The notes under the pieces were generated by a model. The model did no database searches, had not been told where the DNA came from, and saw nothing but the letters and a program-made list of their open reading frames with translations. A stretch of 34,429 bases of DNA from a virus (taxonomy: Duplodnaviria; Heunggongvirae; Uroviricota; Caudoviricetes), in IMG/VR virus record IMGVR_UViG_2693429554_000013; one strand, given 5' to 3'. Shown here one piece after another: positions 1-6,380 of the stretch. The position numbers were made by a program, and so were the translations under genes. Position 1 is the stretch's first letter. Each line of letters begins with the position of its first letter.

Positions 1-1002
1 TTACCCTCTATTGTCAAAAGGGTTCAATTCAACAGCAGCCTCTAAATGACCTGGAGCAAAATGCGCATAACGCATAGTCATTTTTATATCGCTATGCCCC
101 AGTATTTTTTGCAACACAAGAATATTTCCGCCCCGCATCATAAAATGACTGGCAAACGTGTGACGTAGCACATGAGTTAATTGCCCATCAGGAAGCTCGA
201 TCTTCGCTCTCTTAATTGCAGCGTCAAAAGCCTCATAACATGGTGAAAATAGCGCTCCTCGTTTTTTGGGAAGCATAGCCTGCAATTGAGGTGAAATCGG
301 TACAGTGCGGTTCTTCTTTCCTTTAGTTTTAACAAATGTGATTCGACCGGGCAGTACTTGAGATTGCTTTAATCCTTCTGCTTCACTCCACCGAGCACCA
401 GTCGCAAGCCCAATACGGACAACAACCCCCAAATCTTTATTCCGTGACTCATCACACGCAATCAGAAGGCGTTCAATCTCATCTACATACAGAAACGCCA
501 GTTCCTTTTCTTCCTCACGAAACTTGCGAATACCAGTCAGGGGGTTTTCACCAGACCACTCCCCAAGGCGCTTCAGTTCGGCAAAAACAGCATGTAGATA
601 TGACTGCTCGCGATTAACGGTTGCTTCACTAAGTTTTTTCTTCCCCTTGGGATTCCATTCTCCTGATAGCCTTCTTTCCCGATAAGTGGCAAACATATTT
701 TTGTCAAACTGAGAAGCAAATGGATCTCCCAGCCTGGAACAAATCGCCTCAAGTTTGACTTTGCGCTCTGCACCAGAGGACAAGGTTTTACCGTACATCT
801 CAAACCAACGAGCAATCAACTCAGAAAGACGAGGACCAGAACCATCTTGAAACTCGTCTCCAACTCTACTATTCATTAAACGGCGCTCATAAGAGAGCGC
901 CTCACTTTTTGTCGCAAACTGTTTACGAATGCGTTTTCCCGATGCCCCGTAGGGATAACATTCGCAAAGCCATTTACCTGATGGAATCTTACGAACCGAC
1001 AT
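1..1002 (-). CDS. int: Phage tyrosine integrase / site-specific recombinase
   Basis: 333 aa; C-terminal catalytic-like region ...HVLRHTFASHFMMRGGNILVLQKILGHSDIKMTMRYAH (R, H-x-x-R and terminal Y motifs typical of tyrosine recombinases); ATG at 1002, stop at 1-3. Confidence 0.9.
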   Translation of the reverse strand: MSVRKIPSGKWLCECYPYGASGKRIRKQFATKSEALSYERRLMNSRVGDEFQDGSGPRLSELIARWFEMYGKTLSSGAERKVKLEAICSRLGDPFASQFDKNMFATYRERRLSGEWNPKGKKKLSEATVNREQSYLHAVFAELKRLGEWSGENPLTGIRKFREEEKELAFLYVDEIERLLIACDESRNKDLGVVVRIGLATGARWSEAEGLKQSQVLPGRITFVKTKGKKNRTVPISPQLQAMLPKKRGALFSPCYEAFDAAIKRAKIELPDGQLTHVLRHTFASHFMMRGGNILVLQKILGHSDIKMTMRYAHFAPGHLEAAVELNPFDNRG

Positions 1003-1007
1003 TTTAG

Positions 1008-1355
1008 TTACTTATCACACAAATCAAATGCAGCCTTAGTGACATCCCCCAGGCTCTTTTTTAACCCTGGGGCGGCATCATTATCTAGCCAAAATGGATT
1101 ATTGTTATCTAACGGTAACGCACCAAATGTTTTACCTTTTATTCGAGCCAAACCTGTAAGTGCATATAACTTATTATCGTCAAAATTCATCACATAAGGA
1201 TTACCATCAAGACACTGTAATTGAACCTCATCAGTATTAAATGGCCATACCCCATTGAAACTCTCACATTCAATAGTTTTAAAAGGCATTGCGACGGCGG
1301 AAAAAGAAAACATAGATAAAAAAGTAACTAATAGTTGAACCTTTTTTACTTTCAT
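1008..1355 (-). CDS. Small secreted/periplasmic protein of unknown function (probable moron)
   Basis: 115 aa; N-terminal signal-peptide-like segment MKVKKVQLLVTFLSMFSFSAVA; several Cys in mature part; AT-rich by eye. Confidence 0.6.
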   Translation of the reverse strand: MKVKKVQLLVTFLSMFSFSAVAMPFKTIECESFNGVWPFNTDEVQLQCLDGNPYVMNFDDNKLYALTGLARIKGKTFGALPLDNNNPFWLDNDAAPGLKKSLGDVTKAAFDLCDK

Positions 1356-1384
1356 ATCATTACCTCAATTTAGCTCAAGTAAGA

Positions 1385-2035
1385 TTACAAATTAAAAAAC
1401 GCCCTAGAAATGACACCGCCTACCAAAACCCCTACGCAGATAAAGAATATTATTTCTTTTGGATAAAGCCGGATTAATTCTGAAGCACGAAGTCGGACTT
1501 CTGGTAAGGTCGAACTCTCTGTGTGGCTTGATGCCGATTGTTGCTCTAACCACGACAATGCAGACTGTAACTGAGAACGAGTAAGATCGTTTAAACGTCC
1601 TGTACCGAAATTGATATGGCAATACCGCAGAAGTTTTTGTCGAAGTCCACAGTCTTCACTGTTACGTAGTAATAAACTTACAAGAGCCTTACAGGCATCA
1701 TGATCTTTACATCGCTCAAGCATTGCATGCAGAAAACTCTCCGCTGTTTTATATTGATTTACTGTCATATCATCAATACCAGCTACACCAATCTCCGCAT
1801 GTACTTTTTGCCAAATAATAAACGCTTCAGTAGTGCTAGCTTCTGCAATAGCAGCAACCAAGCTATTTAGCTCCTTACGCTGAGCCTTAAGCAAAGGGCG
1901 ATCGTCATCATCATTATTCGAAGGGATTGCGATATTGACGGTATGAGAACCATCATATCGCTCTATCTGAATATTCTTTTCGTGAAAATCACGCCCAGCA
2001 ACGCGATTGTTTGAACCGTTTGAGTTGACGGCCAT
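1385..2035 (-). CDS. Tail-anchored membrane protein, unknown function, co-oriented with repressor
   Basis: 216 aa; single C-terminal hydrophobic helix IIFFICVGVLVGGVISRAFF; N-terminus NSNGSNNRVAGRDFHEKN resembles the repressor C-terminus; starts 15 bp after the repressor stop. Confidence 0.65.
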   Translation of the reverse strand: MAVNSNGSNNRVAGRDFHEKNIQIERYDGSHTVNIAIPSNNDDDDRPLLKAQRKELNSLVAAIAEASTTEAFIIWQKVHAEIGVAGIDDMTVNQYKTAESFLHAMLERCKDHDACKALVSLLLRNSEDCGLRQKLLRYCHINFGTGRLNDLTRSQLQSALSWLEQQSASSHTESSTLPEVRLRASELIRLYPKEIIFFICVGVLVGGVISRAFFNL

Positions 2036-2050
2036 GTCACCTCCCTACTA

Positions 2051-2455
2051 TCACCTACCCTTAGTTTCGTTATAGTCACGACCAGCGATACGGTTATTAC
2101 CACCAGAAATATTTAACTCACGTCCTGATGGCTGAGTTTCCTTTTCACTGATCGCACCTTTTAAAGCCCCAATCACCGCGTTTTTCACATCTAACGAAGC
2201 TGCTCGAAAGCGAGTAATCAACTCCTGCTCATCATCGTTATAAGTTTCAGGTGAGTGAATTCCCAACACAACATACTGAACATCAAGGCCAAAACGAGAC
2301 AGCGCTGCCAAATACGCAGCATCAGGAAAGCTATCTCCTTTCTCATATCTAAGCTGAGTTAGCTTTTTGACTCCACCAATGTCGCTCATGGCAACTTGAC
2401 TAAGTCCCAATCTTTCCCTTTCCTCACGCAACCGCTGACCAATATCATTTTTCAT
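2051..2455 (-). CDS. XRE-family HTH transcriptional regulator, probable prophage immunity repressor
   Basis: 134 aa; N-terminal HTH IGQRLREERERLGLSQVAMSDIGGVKKLTQLRYEKG; divergent from early operon, next to int as in P2/186. Confidence 0.75.
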   Translation of the reverse strand: MKNDIGQRLREERERLGLSQVAMSDIGGVKKLTQLRYEKGDSFPDAAYLAALSRFGLDVQYVVLGIHSPETYNDDEQELITRFRAASLDVKNAVIGALKGAISEKETQPSGRELNISGGNNRIAGRDYNETKGR

Positions 2456-2470
2456 ACAAAAACCTTGACA

Positions 2471-2488
2471 GGTATCTTTTTTGATACC
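2471..2488. promoter_or_regulatory. Perfect palindrome GGTATC-N6-GATACC directly after a TTGACA hexamer (2465-2470); candidate operator of the immunity switch
   Basis: Read in the 75-bp divergent intergenic region between the repressor (start 2455) and the first early gene (start 2531). Confidence 0.4.
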
Positions 2489-2530
2489 AAAATGATTTCA
2501 CGAGCTATTAGATGATCACAATATACCACT

Positions 2531-2737
2531 ATGAAACAAGTTCTTCACGATACCAGATCACGCATTCCGCGTAACACCGCCACAGGTCCAAGACTGGCAC
2601 TTCGGCTGTCCCTCGAGGAGCGAGCCGTCATTGATGAAATGGCAGCTAAAGAACAACGCTCATCCTCTAACATGGCGCGCATGATCTTCCTTCGCGGCCT
2701 AGAGCTAACCCAGAAAGAACAAAACAAATCTTCCTGA
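2531..2737 (+). CDS. Small ribbon-helix-helix-like DNA-binding protein; putative Cox/Cro-like early regulator
   Basis: 68 aa; LALRLSLEERAVIDEMAAKEQRSSSNMARMIFLRGLE fits a strand-helix-helix pattern; first gene of the divergent early operon; no clear SD. Confidence 0.55.
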   Translation: MKQVLHDTRSRIPRNTATGPRLALRLSLEERAVIDEMAAKEQRSSSNMARMIFLRGLELTQKEQNKSS

Positions 2738-2753
2738 TCAGGAGGCTAGTGGG

Positions 2754-2957
2754 ATGTCAGGTATAACCATCAATATCAATGTGAATGCCCCCTATGTATC
2801 CCTGCAGAAATATGCAGAGATAACAGGTATCCCTCTTAATACGTGCAAAAAGATGTTGGCTGACGGTCGAATTATTATCCGCCCCAAACGCGCCAAAATG
2901 GAAAAGCCTGAAGTAAACCTTGTGGCGATGTTAAAAGACGCTTTGGCTAACAGCTAA
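2754..2957 (+). CDS. Small HTH DNA-binding protein (excisionase/regulator-like)
   Basis: 67 aa; HTH-like YVSLQKYAEITGIPLNTCKKMLADGRI; AGGAGG-like RBS upstream. Confidence 0.6.
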   Translation: MSGITININVNAPYVSLQKYAEITGIPLNTCKKMLADGRIIIRPKRAKMEKPEVNLVAMLKDALANS

Positions 2958-2978
2958 AACAATGAACAGAGCACCATC

Positions 2979-3329
2979 ATGAAAAAAAACGCTAATAATC
3001 CATACTCCAAATTTCGTAATGGCGTAGAACGCCATGCTAACCGTTTCGCTACCAGCGCATCACGTAGCAGCTCTCGCTACAGCCTGAGCGAAACACACGC
3101 AACGCCGGATGGCTACCCAGTAAAACAAATCGGCGAGCATACCTGGCTGATTGAGAAAGCTGGAATCGTGATCCACAAATGCCCACGCAATCCGTTTACC
3201 GGAAACCGCATTTTTGCACTGAGCAGCGGCGACAATCAGTTCGGGCAGGATTTCACATTATACGAAGCACTTCGCACGGTTGATCGTCTGCTTCGCGGGC
3301 AAAGTTTTATTAAACAGGCTGATTTATAA
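2979..3329 (+). CDS. Hypothetical early protein
   Basis: 116 aa ORF in the early operon; no recognisable motif. Confidence 0.5.
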   Translation: MKKNANNPYSKFRNGVERHANRFATSASRSSSRYSLSETHATPDGYPVKQIGEHTWLIEKAGIVIHKCPRNPFTGNRIFALSSGDNQFGQDFTLYEALRTVDRLLRGQSFIKQADL

Positions 3330-3339
3330 CAGGTGTTTT

Positions 3340-3627
3340 ATGACCAAAGACCATGCACAAGGTGTATTTATCCGTTTTATTGATTTTCGCGGTGAACTGT
3401 TATTACGTGCATCCGCTATTGACGGAGTGACTCCGGCGGGTAAAAACGGAGCCGACGAAGCCACTTACGTTTATCTGAACGGCACGCGACTGCTTGTGGA
3501 ACTTCCGTACCAGACCGTACGAGAAATCATTAGCGAAGCTGAAAAGGCACACCAGGTTAATGGCGATGAACCCTATATCGAAATTATTTGTATGGATTCA
3601 GAAGCTGAAATACAGAAAGCAGATTAA
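3340..3627 (+). CDS. Hypothetical early protein
   Basis: ORF track begins at 3280 overlapping the previous gene; ATG at 3340 chosen as more plausible start. Confidence 0.45.
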   Translation: MTKDHAQGVFIRFIDFRGELLLRASAIDGVTPAGKNGADEATYVYLNGTRLLVELPYQTVREIISEAEKAHQVNGDEPYIEIICMDSEAEIQKAD

Positions 3628-3635
3628 AGGGCGTT

Positions 3636-3881
3636 GTGATGGGCAAAGAATATAAAACTCTCATTAACAAAGCACTTGAGCGTTTTTATTTTCGCTTAAG
3701 TGCATCAGGCGCTCATGCTGAACGTGCAGCCCGTGACTCATTGACCAGGGCAATCCGGAGTCTGTATGACGTGGCTTTTTACGCTGATGATCTGGATGCA
3801 CTTAACGAACTTTCCGAGCTAATCTGTGCCGCAGAATGCGGGGAACATATTGAACCGTATAAGCTGGGGAATATCGCATGA
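3636..3881 (+). CDS. Hypothetical early protein
   Basis: 81 aa; GTG 3636 or ATG 3639 start. Confidence 0.5.
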   Translation: MMGKEYKTLINKALERFYFRLSASGAHAERAARDSLTRAIRSLYDVAFYADDLDALNELSELICAAECGEHIEPYKLGNIA

Positions 3882-3991
3882 GTATATTTATCTCATGGCT
3901 TGTTCTGATTATTTCGGTGGCCTGCGCCATTGGGATTATGCGAATTATTCATTCAGTAAAAAAGATTGAACGCTTTTTCACTGGCGAATAA
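3878..3991 (+). CDS. Possible 37-aa single-pass membrane peptide
   Basis: ATG at 3878 overlaps the upstream stop (ATGA); MSIFISWLVLIISVACAIGIMRIIHSVKKIERFFTGE has one hydrophobic helix; below the ORF-track size cutoff. Confidence 0.3.
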   Translation: MSIFISWLVLIISVACAIGIMRIIHSVKKIERFFTGE

Positions 3992-4077
3992 CAGAGCAAA
4001 TAAAACCACAGGTTAAATAAGAAAATGTAAAAACAATCCGCATTCGCGGAGGTATTCGCACACGCCAAGGAGGCGTA

Positions 4078-4281
4078 ATGGCAATTAAGCATTTTCCTGT
4101 CGTTCGTTTTACCTCCAGAGGACGTGAATACGAAGTCGACGAACGCCTGATTACCACAATCGACAAACACCGTTCAGAAAAGGATGCACATCACATCTAT
4201 CTCACTGACGGCACTTACTTCTGCGCCACGAATGTGGTGCAGGTGAACCTTATCCGACAGGTACAGGAGTCACGCAGATGA
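4078..4281 (+). CDS. Hypothetical early protein
   Basis: 67 aa; strong SD AAGGAGG upstream of ATG. Confidence 0.55.
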   Translation: MAIKHFPVVRFTSRGREYEVDERLITTIDKHRSEKDAHHIYLTDGTYFCATNVVQVNLIRQVQESRR

Positions 4282-4523
4282 CCATTCTGGATTATATCGC
4301 CGCCAATCCGGGGTGTAGCGGTGGAGAAATCGCCGCAGCACTGAATACCCCAACCACAGCCATTAATGCGGAGTTACGCCGACTCTGGCGCAGCGGTTCA
4401 GTCATAAGAAAAGAGCGCAAAACAGGCGGTCGCTTTTCTTACCAGATAAACCCGATGCCGTTCGGGTGCGGCAATCCACTTACCAACATGTTTAACCAGC
4501 TACTGAAGGAAGCCAGAGCATGA
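4278..4523 (+). CDS. Small winged-helix-like DNA-binding protein
   Basis: 81 aa; ATGA overlap with previous gene; GGEIAAALNTPTTAINAELRRLWRSGSV resembles a winged-helix recognition region. Confidence 0.5.
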   Translation: MTILDYIAANPGCSGGEIAAALNTPTTAINAELRRLWRSGSVIRKERKTGGRFSYQINPMPFGCGNPLTNMFNQLLKEARA

Positions 4524-4819
4524 GCGCCATCAACCACCAGGAATTACGCGAACTGGCGACTGACCTTCAACGAATGGCAACGCATCAAAAATTACTGGCA
4601 TTTCGCGCAATGCTCTCGCCGTCTGCTGTGCTGGCATTGCTGGATGAGCTGGAGCACGCCAGAACCACGGCTCCTGCCATTCGCCTGACGCTCCATCATG
4701 AAATCGCTGATTTCTGCGCGACGTTGGAGGCTCCAGGCGAACCGGAAACGCCGGAAGCGATGCAGCAGGAGCTGCTGCAACGCATCGACAACGTTTTCGA
4801 TTTTTTCCTTAACCAGTAA
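4520..4819 (+). CDS. Hypothetical early protein
   Basis: 99 aa; ATGA overlap with previous gene. Confidence 0.5.
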   Translation: MSAINHQELRELATDLQRMATHQKLLAFRAMLSPSAVLALLDELEHARTTAPAIRLTLHHEIADFCATLEAPGEPETPEAMQQELLQRIDNVFDFFLNQ

Positions 4820-4833
4820 GGGAGTAAATCACA

Positions 4834-5385
4834 ATGAAACTCAAACCAATGGGTACACCTGGTGTGGCTCCGGCACATGTAAAACCATGGACACAGCAGG
4901 AGGATGAACTTTTAGCCACGTTATACCACACCCACACAGCGCCGGAGCTGACAAAGCACCTTCAGAGAACCGAGTCAGCAATACGAAGCCGCATTCGTCT
5001 TTTGCTCTCTCAGGGGGTTATTCACGCCAAACAAACTCCACTGAGTACAAAAGAACTCAGCATGCTCATCAGGAATCGCCACACAAAAACCATCCGGGAA
5101 CTCGCGAATGAGCTGGGGCGCTCGCCATCCACGGTAGAACTGAACCTGAGAAAAAGAGGGTATCGGTTCAGGAAATACGGGGAACTCCACCACAGAACCA
5201 GATACAGCGATCACCTAGTGGAGCTGGTAACTGAACTGCGTGATGAGAAGGGGATGACATTCAGCGAAATCAGGAAGCACATCCGGGACACGACCGGGAT
5301 ATCCCTTAAAAGATGGGTCCCCGCCAGGCTTTACGCACGATATACCGCCGCTGATACCGTGCTTTGCGAACTACTACCGGACTGA
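4834..5385 (+). CDS. Multi-HTH DNA-binding protein with Myb/SANT-like N-terminal segment
   Basis: 183 aa; WTQQEDELLATLY...TESAIRSRIRLL plus two further HTH-like segments (TIRELANELGRSPSTV; MTFSEIRKHIRDTTGISLKRW). Confidence 0.55.
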   Translation: MKLKPMGTPGVAPAHVKPWTQQEDELLATLYHTHTAPELTKHLQRTESAIRSRIRLLLSQGVIHAKQTPLSTKELSMLIRNRHTKTIRELANELGRSPSTVELNLRKRGYRFRKYGELHHRTRYSDHLVELVTELRDEKGMTFSEIRKHIRDTTGISLKRWVPARLYARYTAADTVLCELLPD

Positions 5386-5476
5386 GTAACCACTATGTAC
5401 ACACAAAAAAACCGCTTGCCATGCCGCAATCAGTCAGGTTACATTTCCGCTGCACCTCATAAAACGGGTGCCGGGA

Positions 5477-5694
5477 TTGGAACCCCGCTGACTATACACG
5501 CGCACAACCGCGCCAGCGGTTTTTTTGTGCGTACCGTATCGCCACGTCTTTTTCGCGTCAGAATTATGGTGGGGCGTATGGGGCCGACTTCGGTCGGGCC
5601 GGGTTCGTGTATAGCCGGTAGTTCCAACCCTGTACGTCTCACCACCCCGAGCTTGGAACCTCTGGATGGTGAGTTTTCAAAACTTACTATACAC
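5477..5694. repeat. Three copies of a bipartite motif TTGGAAC(C)-N-CTATACAC (two direct, one inverted) flanking a UUCG-loop hairpin
   Basis: Copies at 5477-5499 (direct), 5607-5629 (inverted), 5653-5694 (direct); hairpin CCGAC-TTCG-GTCGG at 5584-5597. Confidence 0.45.
5506..5527 (+). terminator. Candidate Rho-independent terminator
   Basis: Short GC stem ACCGC/GCGGT with GCCA loop followed by TTTTTT; the stem is short. Confidence 0.35.
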
Positions 5695-5705
5695 GAGGCC
5701 ACACC

Positions 5706-5936
5706 ATGGCAAACCGCAAACAGCACCGCGCTATCGCGGAGCGTCGTCACATCCAGACTGAAATCAACCGCAGACTTTCCCGCGCATTCCGCGTCGCTAA
5801 AATCATGCACATCAATATGCTGCATGAGCGTAGCTGCGAACTTTCAAACCTCTACTCATCCGCTGTTTTCAGCTATCTGGCAGATGATCTGCGCGAGCTT
5901 CAGCAGCTCATCCAGCAGCAAAACAAACTCCATTAA
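5706..5936 (+). CDS. Hypothetical small basic protein
   Basis: 76 aa, charged/helical composition; preferred over the overlapping low-complexity ORF 5395-6012. Confidence 0.5.
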   Translation: MANRKQHRAIAERRHIQTEINRRLSRAFRVAKIMHINMLHERSCELSNLYSSAVFSYLADDLRELQQLIQQQNKLH

Positions 5937-6008
5937 TTCTGGTTCCGGGCCTTTCCTGCACCTTGCGGCGGGAGGCCTTCGCACATCTGTAACAAGAGGA
6001 TTGCCGCA

Positions 6009-6374
6009 ATGATTCTCGCCAACGACTTTCTTGAATACCTGCTCAACACAGAGCGCGATCTTGCCGTTCGCGCGCGTGACCGTTATGACATGTACCTGAA
6101 ATCCCTGCCTGTACCACAGCCCGCTGACGGAAAGATTGTTATTGATGGCCGCTACATGATTGACAGCCACGAGGGAAATTACAGGCTTTACCGCATTGAA
6201 GGCGGCACCCCGTCCGTTATTGGCATTTACCAGCGCCCATCCTCTGCAATCGTCGATGTGATTGCAGACAGCATCCGCATCACACATCGCTATGCCGACA
6301 CAGAAGACACCGTGCTGGAAATTCAGCGGCTGGCTACAGTCTGCCGCGACACCCTGAACGGTATGACGAAGTAA
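6009..6374 (+). CDS. Hypothetical protein upstream of the replication gene
   Basis: 121 aa; RBS AGAGGA; no motif recognised. Confidence 0.5.
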   Translation: MILANDFLEYLLNTERDLAVRARDRYDMYLKSLPVPQPADGKIVIDGRYMIDSHEGNYRLYRIEGGTPSVIGIYQRPSSAIVDVIADSIRITHRYADTEDTVLEIQRLATVCRDTLNGMTK

Positions 6375-6380
6375 ATCACT

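Noticed and set aside
5395-6012. 205-aa plus-strand ORF spanning the repeat-rich intergenic region
   Set aside because: Low-complexity Ser/Thr/Gly/Pro-rich translation, no RBS, runs through the repeat array and overlaps the better-formed 5706-5936 ORF in another frame; judged non-coding.
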